Below are positions 1 to 7,908 of a stretch of DNA of 56,260 nucleotides, one piece after another. The stretch lies in sequence record PX583170.1; one strand, written 5' to 3'. The translations under genes were made by a program, and so were the position numbers. Source of the DNA: a phage. Numbering within the stretch: position 1 is the first letter of the stretch; each line of letters opens with the position of its first letter. The notes beneath the pieces were generated by a model. The model searched no databases and was not told the DNA's origin. It saw only the letters and a program-made list of their open reading frames with translations.

Positions 1-135
1 CGGACTTAAAATACGGTCCCTACCCCAACTTTTTCCTACAGCCTATCGGCTTAATGATAACACCAAGTTAGGCGCTTCGCTTATGAGTCAAGGTCAAAGG
101 CAATCAGAGCACGCTGTTGTAACGAGCTAGTCTTA

Positions 136-157
136 CCATTAGTTGGTTGTGATTATG
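136..157 (+). promoter_or_regulatory. Promoter-motif copy P1 (candidate phage-RNAP promoter) upstream of the RNAP gene
   Basis: ccATTAGTTGGttgtgattatg; shares the CATTAGTTG core with 13 other sites. Confidence 0.4.
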
Positions 158-214
158 AATAGGCTACGCAAGTCTAATCCGTTTCAGTTAAATCATAATC
201 AATTGGAGACTATC

Positions 215-2329
215 ATGACTAATGAAGAATATCGTGCACTGGCTGCTGATGGCGCTCGCTTAAAAGAAGAAGGCCACGGTTGGAAAGACGTGCTTGATAC
301 GATGGACCGTTGCAACCAAATGGTTGATGAAATCACTACTGCTACACAATCCGAAACTAAAACCGAAACTAACTTGGAGACTCGCAAAATGACAACTATC
401 TCAACTCAAACTATCAAATCCGTTGTCCCTGCTATCACGGCTCTGGTATACCGTGCTAAAGAGAAACAGAACTACATGCAGCCTCAGACCTGTGCTATTG
501 CTGCTCTTGCAATCTTCAAGATGATGACCTCATTCACTCGTGATGATGTTGTCCCAGCCATTGCAATGGTTGAGCTGGCTTCTGCTTCTATTGCTGATGC
601 CAACCGTTATAACAACGATTTGAAAGCAATGCACTATGTTGACCCAGCTATCAACCTCATTGGTTTGGCTAAGCACTTTGGCTTCATTACCATGAACGAA
701 GACAAGTCATTCCAACAAACTGATACATGGGTTGAACTGGTTACAACCAAAGACACAGCAGTGCCATTCACTGAGCGTGTTACATCTGAATCTCGTCGCA
801 AGCCTTTCGTTAAAGGTGGCAAAGTTAAGCCATCCAAAACTTTGAAAGCTGCAATCGAATTCCTGCAAGATACTGAGTACCATGTGGAGACTGAGATGGT
901 TCGCATCATCCAGTCCATGCTTGAGCAACGTACCTACGGTGGTTTGCAGATGCCAGAAGCAATCCAGACTGAACTTCATGTTTGGAACAATGCTGTAGCA
1001 ATGATGAATCAGGATAAGCTGTATTCTGACTACTTTGCTGATAACCGTGGTCGCCTGTATCATGTAGCATGTGCTGGCCCTAACCCACAATCCTCTGACT
1101 TTGCTCGTTGCTTGTATTCTCACAATGTTGAGAACATCGTTAAGAAGTTTAACGAAGATGGTTCTACTACCATCGCATACAACATGTTCATGGCAGAGCT
1201 GGAAGATATTTCTGGTGGTGAATGGTGCAGTGCTAAGCGTTTAACTTATGTTGCTCAGAATCCAGCTGGTTCACTTGCTCGCATGATGAACATGCCTAAA
1301 GCTGAACGTCCTTCCAAGCCATTCACTTATGTTCGTCTGGCTCTGGATTGGTTCAAGTTTGAGACTACAGGTGAGTGCGATTCTCGTGTAGGCTTTGGCT
1401 TAGATGCTAAATGTTCTGGTACTCAATATCTGGCATTCATTGCTGGTAACATGGAAATGGCTCGTGCAACAGGTCTGGTTGATTCTGAGACTAAAGCATC
1501 TGACCCATACCAGTTATCTCTTCGTGAACTGTTGAAGTTACTCGACCGTTCTTCAATGAAGCCATCTCCTGAAATCATGGATGAGTTCTTGAATCCGAAA
1601 GCTGGTCGTAAGTTTATCAAAACTCCATACATGGCTATCCAATATGGTGGTGGTAAAGCAGCATTGACTGGTTCTTCTGACTTCATTAGCTACATGACAG
1701 AAGCTCTCCAGATTCCTATGGAGAAAGCTGAGGCATTTGCTGAACTGTGTGTAGAAGCAATCCATAACGCATTGGGTGCTAAGATTAACATGTTCATCGA
1801 GAAAGCTGCTGATGCTGCATACAATCGTTGTGTTGAACTTGGCAAAGAGTACATCACATATCGCCACACTGATGGTCAGGTTGTAATGAAGCCTTGCTTC
1901 CCATCTCGTGAAATCTGTGAGGCATTCAGCATTCGTGTTGATAGTCAAACTCGTGTTATCTTTGGTCAGATTCAGGAGAACAAGCCTTGGACCATTCGTG
2001 AGTCCAATCCAACTAAAGAAGAGTTCAAGCGTACCTTCGTTGTTAACTACATCCAAGGTATTGACGCATTGGTTGCTCGTACTGTTGCAGTTAAAGCTAA
2101 AGAAGCTGGTCTTCGTGGCTTTACTTCAATTCACGATTGTTTCCGTTGCTGCTTAGCTGATGCTCCACGTATGATGGAAGTTATTCGTGCAGCATATGTT
2201 GAAATCTTCGTAACCAACAATCAATTCGAGAATCTGTCTAAGCAACTCGGTGGCATTCAGATGTATCATGAGAACATCGTAACCGAAGAGCTTCTGATGA
2301 GCGAACATGCTTACTACTTCTGTCAATGA
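215..2329 (+). CDS. T7-like single-subunit DNA-dependent RNA polymerase (ORF opens at 143; ATG at 215 has SD ggaga)
   Basis: Motif A-like FGLDAKCSGTQYLAF (T7 DGSCSGIQHF), motif B-like KFIKTPYMAIQYGGG, motif C-like TSIHDCF (T7 HDSF). Shorter than T7 RNAP. Confidence 0.85.
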   Translation: MTNEEYRALAADGARLKEEGHGWKDVLDTMDRCNQMVDEITTATQSETKTETNLETRKMTTISTQTIKSVVPAITALVYRAKEKQNYMQPQTCAIAALAIFKMMTSFTRDDVVPAIAMVELASASIADANRYNNDLKAMHYVDPAINLIGLAKHFGFITMNEDKSFQQTDTWVELVTTKDTAVPFTERVTSESRRKPFVKGGKVKPSKTLKAAIEFLQDTEYHVETEMVRIIQSMLEQRTYGGLQMPEAIQTELHVWNNAVAMMNQDKLYSDYFADNRGRLYHVACAGPNPQSSDFARCLYSHNVENIVKKFNEDGSTTIAYNMFMAELEDISGGEWCSAKRLTYVAQNPAGSLARMMNMPKAERPSKPFTYVRLALDWFKFETTGECDSRVGFGLDAKCSGTQYLAFIAGNMEMARATGLVDSETKASDPYQLSLRELLKLLDRSSMKPSPEIMDEFLNPKAGRKFIKTPYMAIQYGGGKAALTGSSDFISYMTEALQIPMEKAEAFAELCVEAIHNALGAKINMFIEKAADAAYNRCVELGKEYITYRHTDGQVVMKPCFPSREICEAFSIRVDSQTRVIFGQIQENKPWTIRESNPTKEEFKRTFVVNYIQGIDALVARTVAVKAKEAGLRGFTSIHDCFRCCLADAPRMMEVIRAAYVEIFVTNNQFENLSKQLGGIQMYHENIVTEELLMSEHAYYFCQ

Positions 2330-2370
2330 TATTAATTGGTCAAGGATGACCACAAACTTGGAGACTTATA

Positions 2371-2571
2371 ATGAACATTCAACAAATCAATCAAATCGAA
2401 AACTGTTTCAATCCTCATCATACCTGTGACATGAGCAACTTATCTCGTCCTACAGTGGAGGAGACTAAAGACTTCTTAGAATTGTTAGCAGAATATAAAC
2501 AAGAATCGCATGTACTATTGCATGCATATTTGCACAATTCTGGATACTTTGATACAGAAATACCGTTCTGA
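2371..2571 (+). CDS. Hypothetical small protein (66 aa)
   Basis: ATG with SD ggaga 8 nt upstream; followed by a terminator. Confidence 0.5.
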   Translation: MNIQQINQIENCFNPHHTCDMSNLSRPTVEETKDFLELLAEYKQESHVLLHAYLHNSGYFDTEIPF

Positions 2572-2576
2572 TATTT

Positions 2577-2603
2577 GGGAGCTTCGGCTCCCTTTTCTTG
2601 TTT
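2577..2603 (+). terminator. Rho-independent terminator
   Basis: GGGAGC-ttcg-GCTCCC perfect 6-bp stem with UUCG loop, then ttttcttgttt. Confidence 0.75.
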
Positions 2604-2623
2604 CAACTAAGTCGCATAACTCA

Positions 2624-2645
2624 GCATTAGTTGTATGTGAATCTA
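2624..2645 (+). promoter_or_regulatory. Promoter-motif copy P2
   Basis: gCATTAGTTGtATGTGAATcta, directly after the terminator and 22 nt before the next gene. Confidence 0.5.
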
Positions 2646-2666
2646 ATAAACCATTTGGAGCATATC

Positions 2667-2834
2667 ATGTTTACAGTGACCTTAGTAACCTATTATGGCA
2701 AGCAAGTTTGTGAGAAGTTTGAGACTTTGAAAGAAGCCCGTGAGTTTGCAGCTCGTGAAGAGAATATTTATGTAGACTGTGAAATCACAGATGGTGATAA
2801 GCAGTATGAAGTTGTAGCTCCTACACTCAACTGA
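2667..2834 (+). CDS. Hypothetical small protein (55 aa; ORF opens at 2631)
   Basis: ATG at 2667 preceded by tttggag SD; the earlier TTG start lies inside the promoter motif. Confidence 0.45.
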   Translation: MFTVTLVTYYGKQVCEKFETLKEAREFAAREENIYVDCEITDGDKQYEVVAPTLN

Positions 2835-2848
2835 TTCCCAATATTCGG

Positions 2849-2858
2849 ACAATATTGT
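2849..2858. promoter_or_regulatory. Perfect 10-bp palindrome ACAATATTGT (operator-like)
   Basis: Self-complementary; flanked by aatattcgg and gcatgtaatattgt. Confidence 0.35.
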
Positions 2859-2884
2859 TGCATGTAATATTGTCCCGATATTCG

Positions 2885-2906
2885 ACATTAGTTGGATATG
2901 AAGTAA
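2885..2906 (+). promoter_or_regulatory. Promoter-motif copy P3
   Basis: aCATTAGTTGGATATGAAgtaa; followed by hairpin CGGAG-aaata-CTCCG at 2913..2927; no gene for ~1 kb downstream. Confidence 0.45.
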
Positions 2907-3277
2907 AGAATACGGAGAAATACTCCGCATGACATATTGAATCATTCTAGAAACATTCAGCATGTCAGCTTTGAGTTACAGTGTTGTAATGATGTGGCAA
3001 TCATTGAACTCCCTGGGTAGGCCACCTACAGTTCCAGCAACCATGACACAGAGTAGGAATATCTATCCGAAACTTGTACTTCACCTATAGCATGTCTATT
3101 AGCTACAGTATTGTTCCTTCTCCTATTATCAAGGCCCACCCACAAGCCGGGAGATAACTTTGACAAGACTGGAACTTTTGGACATGCTTCTTTCTTTCTA
3201 CAAGAATTTGAAAGAAGAGAAGAAGTCGGACTAAGCCTCTCGTTTTCACGCAGAAGCCGCCCCGATTTTGAGCAACA

Positions 3278-3294
3278 AATATTGTGACAATATT
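3278..3294. promoter_or_regulatory. 17-bp inverted repeat AATATTGT-G-ACAATATT (operator-like)
   Basis: 8-bp arms are exact reverse complements; 51 bp beyond the repeat end at 3227. Confidence 0.4.
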
Positions 3295-3525
3295 GTCGCA
3301 GTATGGCATGTAAATATTGCTACAAATTGGCATGTTGGAATGTGGCAGAATTGTTAGAGGACTAATCACCTCGAAGATACAATCGTCTACCAATCTGGCA
3401 TGTTAATTTTGTAACAGTATTTGTGCCAATTTCGCATGTAATAGTTGTATCAGTAATGACCCAATATTCTTGCAACCCGCATGAATACTGGCTTCCAGCC
3501 AAGCGAAGGCTTTATCATCGCATGT

Positions 3526-3542
3526 AATATTGTGACAATATT
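3526..3542. promoter_or_regulatory. Second exact copy of AATATTGT-G-ACAATATT
   Basis: Identical 17-mer to 3278..3294. Confidence 0.4.
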
Positions 3543-3716
3543 GGGATAAAACCCTTTATTTAATTAGTTTTATTATGCTGTACATGGTCGGTTTTCCGTA
3601 CCTGCTTGCTCCAATCTTAATGTGCCAAATACGTTAAGTATGGGAGTAAACCTACGTGAACGTAGTGAACAATGACGCATGTTTAATTGTGACAAAATTC
3701 GTCTATTTGGCAGATG

Positions 3717-3735
3717 AATTAGTTGCAATTAAGCA
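3717..3735 (+). promoter_or_regulatory. Promoter-motif variant P4
   Basis: aATTAGTTGcAATtaagca; core retained, 3' half divergent. Confidence 0.3.
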
Positions 3736-3745
3736 TGTCCATTTA

Positions 3746-3767
3746 TCATTAGTTGCATGTGAATAAG
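3746..3767 (+). promoter_or_regulatory. Promoter-motif copy P5
   Basis: tCATTAGTTGcATGTGAATaag; ~190 nt upstream of the first gene of the unique region. Confidence 0.5.
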
Positions 3768-3955
3768 ACCAAATCTCTGTAAACTCTGCTGAAATTGTGT
3801 GACAGATTTTAGAGAGATTATGTCTCCAAGCTAATCATTGTAGTTTTTCGGCACTTGCTGTGTCACATACTCCCTACAACTTTAAGGTGGATTAAGGTAA
3901 GACAAGACCTCCACAATCGTTCTGTAGGGAGTTTTCCTTAACTTAGGAGAATAAA

Positions 3956-4174
3956 ATGACTCGTTTTAAAGATTTGGAAGATGGTGCAATCTTCTTTACG
4001 CGTGGTGGAGAACATCTGCAAAAAGTTTTGGAAGATGATGTTAATGTAAATGCTGTATTCGTTGGTGATTCTAACATTGGTGTTTTATTAAATGACAATG
4101 AGAGAACTTTTACAGAGGAGGAGTTTAAAGAAATCTCAGCCTCTGATTTAGTTCAAGAGCCAATTGAAGTTTAA
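3956..4174 (+). CDS. Hypothetical protein (72 aa)
   Basis: ATG with SD aggaga. Confidence 0.5.
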   Translation: MTRFKDLEDGAIFFTRGGEHLQKVLEDDVNVNAVFVGDSNIGVLLNDNERTFTEEEFKEISASDLVQEPIEV

Positions 4175-4189
4175 TACATAGGAGTAAAC

Positions 4190-4378
4190 ATGGACTTCAT
4201 CGTCTACTTTAAGTTAAATGGTGTGGAGCAAAGATTGTACTTCAATTCTTTACTTCGTTTGCAACAGTGGGCGGAGAAGTTTGTTGGGTATGACTTTGAA
4301 TACATTAACGCATGTACACCTGACGAACATGAAGAAATCGTGTTCAGTTCTTTAAATCAAATTCTGGAGGCCAAGTGA
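4190..4378 (+). CDS. Hypothetical protein (62 aa)
   Basis: ATG with SD aggag. Confidence 0.5.
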   Translation: MDFIVYFKLNGVEQRLYFNSLLRLQQWAEKFVGYDFEYINACTPDEHEEIVFSSLNQILEAK

Positions 4379-4539
4379 AGAAGCTCAAGTATATGACCAA
4401 AACTGTGTCATACATGGCAGCTTACGGTGCTTCAAAGAGACGTGCGAAGAAACTTGCAAAAGCTGCAAACCCTCGTATGCCAGCACGTAAGGTGGCTCAA
4501 ATCATCAATTCAGTATTCGACATATGGAGTATGAAATGA
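4375..4539 (+). CDS. Hypothetical small basic protein (54 aa, GTG start overlapping upstream stop)
   Basis: GTGA start/stop overlap with SD ggagg; Lys/Arg-rich; not in ORF track (<60 aa). Confidence 0.3.
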   Translation: MKKLKYMTKTVSYMAAYGASKRRAKKLAKAANPRMPARKVAQIINSVFDIWSMK

Positions 4540-4709
4540 ACGACCAGCAATTCAACACATTCATGCAGCAGATTAATCATCAAGAACTGATGGAAGCCAT
4601 CAAGGGCAAGAAGCCGGTTGAACGTCAATATCGTAAAATTGATAATTATATGCCAACAATCATTGCATGTGTTGGTGTTGCTATTGTTCTCTACTTCCTG
4701 GTGAAATAA
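4524..4709 (+). CDS. Hypothetical small membrane protein (61 aa)
   Basis: C-terminal hydrophobic stretch PTIIACVGVAIVLYFLV. Confidence 0.45.
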   Translation: MEYEMNDQQFNTFMQQINHQELMEAIKGKKPVERQYRKIDNYMPTIIACVGVAIVLYFLVK

Positions 4710-4802
4710 TGGACATTGTTAAGAAATTAGTATTCTGTATCGTAATGTTCCCTCTGGTGCTGCTCGTTGTGGGCAGCTTCTTAATCTGTTAATAGGTATC
4801 AC

Positions 4803-5096
4803 ATGTCAATTCAGAAATTCCTTGATGTAGCAAATGTTGCTAAGAATTCTATTCCAAGCAATCCCGATATTCTTACCTCAATGCGTGTTGATGTTGCACT
4901 TCTGGCTTTAGCTGGTGAGCACATCAATGCGCTTGAGAAGCAAGTTTCAGATTGCAAAAGTGAAATAACCACTTTGCGTGACCAGATTGCCAGCCAAGAA
5001 GCGGCATATTCTGACCTCATGGATGCGAAAAACCATTTACAGCAACGGCTTGCAGTTGCGCTTGAAGAAATAGACAGACTAACACTAACCAAATAA
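4803..5096 (+). CDS. Hypothetical protein (97 aa)
   Basis: ORF in the unidirectional early gene array. Confidence 0.45.
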   Translation: MSIQKFLDVANVAKNSIPSNPDILTSMRVDVALLALAGEHINALEKQVSDCKSEITTLRDQIASQEAAYSDLMDAKNHLQQRLAVALEEIDRLTLTK

Positions 5097-5111
5097 CAAT
5101 TGGGAGTTATT

Positions 5112-5375
5112 ATGGCTACTAAGACCGGAATGATGATTGTCCCAAGCCGTAATAACTCTTTAAGCGGCTTTACACCATATAAAATCTATGAAGTTATTTC
5201 TGGCACTGGTGAAGCAAACCTGTCAGAAGTTGCTTTGAAGTTGGGCCGTATGGTCCACTCCGAAATCTCCTGTAACGTAGTTGATGATGAAGGTAAAATC
5301 CGTTTTGTAACAATGGATTTCTTTCGTGAATTTAACCTCAAATCTGAGATAGGTGTTTTATATCATGAAATTTAA
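5112..5375 (+). CDS. Hypothetical protein (87 aa; ORF opens at TTG 5100)
   Basis: ATG at 5112 with SD gggag. Confidence 0.45.
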   Translation: MATKTGMMIVPSRNNSLSGFTPYKIYEVISGTGEANLSEVALKLGRMVHSEISCNVVDDEGKIRFVTMDFFREFNLKSEIGVLYHEI

Positions 5376-5592
5376 ATGTGTTGCTTCAACCAAAGATTAT
5401 GTTCCAGTTGGCTTCATCGTTGAAGGTGAAGCTATCTCACCTTTGGAATTTAAAGTGACTAAATCTGCTGAGAATGTTTCTCCAGCATTTCGTAAAGGTG
5501 CTGTAGTGCCTATGAATGGTGCATTCTGGACATGGCAGCGTGACCATGAAGCAGAATTTGCAGATATTTGTGAACAAGGTTTATTGCAATGA
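5365..5592 (+). CDS. Hypothetical protein, paralog of next gene
   Basis: Shares KFKCV-ST, VG-IEGE-I and WTW with the 5589..5819 product. Confidence 0.45.
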   Translation: MKFKCVASTKDYVPVGFIVEGEAISPLEFKVTKSAENVSPAFRKGAVVPMNGAFWTWQRDHEAEFADICEQGLLQ

Positions 5593-5819
5593 CAAAGTTT
5601 AAATGTGTGAAATCAACCTCTTCATCTGAGCACTCTCCGAAAGTTGGAGATGTGATTGAGGGAGAACTTATCCAAGTACACGGAGGTCGTGGATTCCGCC
5701 ACAGAGTGCTTATTTCTAAAGATAGTGACCGAAAAATGCCAGACGGTAAGCCATACTTTTCACTTGGTGAAACAGTTCCCTTAGAAGGTAGTGTTTGGAC
5801 TTGGAAAGAGGTTAAATAA
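5589..5819 (+). CDS. Hypothetical protein, paralog of previous gene
   Basis: MTKFKCVKST...VGDVIEGELI...WTW. Confidence 0.45.
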   Translation: MTKFKCVKSTSSSEHSPKVGDVIEGELIQVHGGRGFRHRVLISKDSDRKMPDGKPYFSLGETVPLEGSVWTWKEVK

Positions 5820-5882
5820 TTTCCTCAACCACTTTTGTAATGAGAGTGGTTGCTGAATATTATTAATCAACTTGGAGCATTT

Positions 5883-6173
5883 ATGAAACAACGTACTCGT
5901 TTACAGCGTGACCCCGCCACAGGCCGCTTGTTACCAGCATATTTGAAAGTTGGTGACTTAGTTTACACTCGTGACTTTGCTTTTGACATTTGCCCAAGCA
6001 AAGCATATAAAGTTCTTGCCACCAGCTTGTCTGGACCTAAAGTAATATTTGGTTCACTTGAGCCAATTCAGCTGACCGGAACCCAATTCGTCATTAAGGA
6101 TGAATCTGGCTGTAACCGAATCTTTAGCCTTGAAGGTGGCCTATCCAAATGGGAGAAGATTAAGCGTGGGTAA
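5883..6173 (+). CDS. Hypothetical protein (ORF opens at 5850)
   Basis: ATG at 5883 with SD ttggag; upstream 8-bp-stem hairpin at 5826..5852. Confidence 0.45.
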   Translation: MKQRTRLQRDPATGRLLPAYLKVGDLVYTRDFAFDICPSKAYKVLATSLSGPKVIFGSLEPIQLTGTQFVIKDESGCNRIFSLEGGLSKWEKIKRG

Positions 6174-6186
6174 GAACTACATAGAA

Positions 6187-6399
6187 ATGTTTAAAAGACT
6201 CGATATCAATGGACAAGAGTTCTTGTTAAACGATGCAAGACAAGATGTGGAGCTGTCTGATAAATATAGCTCCTCGTATCAGAGAACCATTGTAAAATGG
6301 ACGTTCTCTTACATATCCTACAATCTTCCAGGAGAAACGCTTGTGATTAGTGGTTCTGGAGATTCAGTTTTGGCAGCTTTGGAGAAACTAAAGCAATGA
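6187..6399 (+). CDS. Hypothetical protein (ORF opens at 6100)
   Basis: First ATG after the upstream gene stop. Confidence 0.35.
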   Translation: MFKRLDINGQEFLLNDARQDVELSDKYSSSYQRTIVKWTFSYISYNLPGETLVISGSGDSVLAALEKLKQ

Positions 6400-6683
6400 A
6401 CAAGAATTCAATCTTACGTTATGTTGGTAAAACAAACTACAACTTTACCAACGGTAAGAAATACAAAATCGTCGCAGGTCGTGGTGACGGGGTTCCTCGC
6501 AACAACGGTACACTCGGTGCGTATATTCAATCTCCTTTGGGTTTTGTCGTTAATGACGATAACCGCAATTTATGTTATCGTACATTCTCCGATAATTGGG
6601 AACTTGTGAAAGATTCTGGCGAAGTCAGTTGGTATAAACCTGAATCAAACATGGACCCAATTCCAATTTCAAAGATGATGTAA
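6396..6683 (+). CDS. Hypothetical protein (95 aa)
   Basis: ATGA start/stop overlap with previous gene. Confidence 0.45.
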   Translation: MNKNSILRYVGKTNYNFTNGKKYKIVAGRGDGVPRNNGTLGAYIQSPLGFVVNDDNRNLCYRTFSDNWELVKDSGEVSWYKPESNMDPIPISKMM

Positions 6684-6723
6684 ATTAACAAGGAGCATTC
6701 ATTGAGTGTTCCTGATTAATCTA

Positions 6724-6745
6724 ACATTAGTTGAATGTGAATAAC
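6724..6745 (+). promoter_or_regulatory. Promoter-motif copy P6
   Basis: aCATTAGTTGaATGTGAATaac, 18 nt before the next gene. Confidence 0.5.
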
Positions 6746-6762
6746 AACTTTTGGAGGTATTT

Positions 6763-7284
6763 ATGTTTTACACTGGTGTGGGAAGTCGTGAAACTCCCGG
6801 GCATATTTGCGAACTGCTGACTAAAGTGGCTTCCAAACTGGCCAGACTTGGTTGGGTAGTTCGTACGGGAGGTGCTCAAGGTGCTGACGAAGCATTCCTG
6901 GCTGGCTGCAACGGAAGGACAGAGAACTTTATACCTTGGAATGGTTTTGGAAGTTATGGTGGCGTAGTGCCGGACCTGAATCGAAATTGGGAATACCTGC
7001 AAAGTGTTGAAAACGTAAACCCGCTAATTCACAAGAAAGAGACAAGAAACCTCGACAAATACAGAGGATTTTGGAAACTACAGGCACGAAATGTTAGTCA
7101 GGTACTTGGGCTTAACTTGGACACTCCATCCAAGTTCTGTATCTTGTACGCTCCGACAACATCAACTGGTGTGAGCGGTGGCACCAACACTGCGTACCAG
7201 GTTGCAATGCAGTCTGGAATACCTTGTTTTAACTTATTCGACCCTGCTATAGTGGCAAGGTTTGAGAAATTTATATCTGAGTGA
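6763..7284 (+). CDS. DprA/LOG-like (SLOG superfamily) Rossmann-fold protein, tentative
   Basis: YTGVGSRETP ... VVRTGGAQGADEAF resembles the DprA Rossmann core as recalled; SD ggagg. Confidence 0.3.
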   Translation: MFYTGVGSRETPGHICELLTKVASKLARLGWVVRTGGAQGADEAFLAGCNGRTENFIPWNGFGSYGGVVPDLNRNWEYLQSVENVNPLIHKKETRNLDKYRGFWKLQARNVSQVLGLNLDTPSKFCILYAPTTSTGVSGGTNTAYQVAMQSGIPCFNLFDPAIVARFEKFISE

Positions 7285-7319
7285 TTATCAGGGTGCATTT
7301 ACGAGTGTACCCGAATAAT

Positions 7320-7340
7320 CCAATTAGTTGGATAAGAGGG
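7320..7340 (+). promoter_or_regulatory. Promoter-motif variant P7
   Basis: ccAATTAGTTGGATaagaggg. Confidence 0.35.
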
Positions 7341-7409
7341 ACAAAGCTATTCCGTGGTTAGCAATGTCGCTGAAACTTAAACTGTAATTAACTTAAGAGA
7401 ATCTTAATC

Positions 7410-7787
7410 ATGGCACAATATTCAGATGTAAACACTGGCATCATCGGCCCAAATGGCTTCAAGAAAGACCCAAAACATCCTGACGTTCGTGGACGTATTA
7501 ACGTTGACGGAATCTGGTATTGGGTATCTGGCTGGAACAAGCAAGCAAATGGTAATGAATTTACCTCGCTGGCACTCACCATCATGACTCAAGAACAGGT
7601 CGATGAAATGATGCGTAAGCGTGAGGAGAAAGCTAAAGCCAAAGCTCAACCTCAAGCTGCCGCTCAACAGCAACAGCAACGTCAACAGCCAACCCAGCAG
7701 CAGCAAACTCAGGCACAACAGCCTCAGAGTAATTCTGCATACAATCCGAACGAGCCGAAAGACTTCGACGACGACATTCCGTTCTAA
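7410..7787 (+). CDS. Small protein ending in the bacterial SSB tail DFDDDIPF (SSB-tail mimic or minimal SSB)
   Basis: ~70-aa N-terminal domain, Gln-rich linker, C-terminus KDFDDDIPF; the E. coli SSB tip is DFDDDIPF. Confidence 0.55.
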   Translation: MAQYSDVNTGIIGPNGFKKDPKHPDVRGRINVDGIWYWVSGWNKQANGNEFTSLALTIMTQEQVDEMMRKREEKAKAKAQPQAAAQQQQQRQQPTQQQQTQAQQPQSNSAYNPNEPKDFDDDIPF

Positions 7788-7908
7788 TGGAGATGCCCTA
7801 TGAAAATCTTATGTTTTATAGGGCTACATAATTGGGAAATTTCACACGAAAACGATTATGTAACCATTTGGGTTTGCAAACACTGTGCAGCAATGCGTGA
7901 GGAATATC

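Larger units (their letters stand above)
1..3227. repeat. Left copy of exact 3,227-bp direct repeat (1..3227 = 53034..56260); candidate direct terminal repeat, or wrap-around of a circular/concatemeric 53,033-bp unit
   Basis: Every six-frame ORF in 1..3227 recurs with identical protein sequence at +53,033; bases spot-checked at both ends match. The repeat ends exactly at the window ends, so true boundaries cannot be fixed from this window. Confidence 0.9.
2838..3770. repeat. Non-coding leader with at least 10 copies of a GCATGT(A/T)AAT(A)TTGT-like element, some forming perfect palindromes
   Basis: Copies near 2861, 2926, 3307, 3331, 3397, 3434, 3478, 3520, 3676, 3731; no + strand ORF with an RBS between 2835 and 3955. 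Confidence 0.6.

Noticed and set aside
3103-3393. 96-aa - strand ORF spanning the repeat boundary
   Set aside because: No RBS, on the otherwise non-coding strand and within the repeat-dense leader.
7650-7740. CAG/CAA-rich tract as a simple-sequence repeat
   Set aside because: It encodes the Gln-rich linker of the SSB-tail protein.
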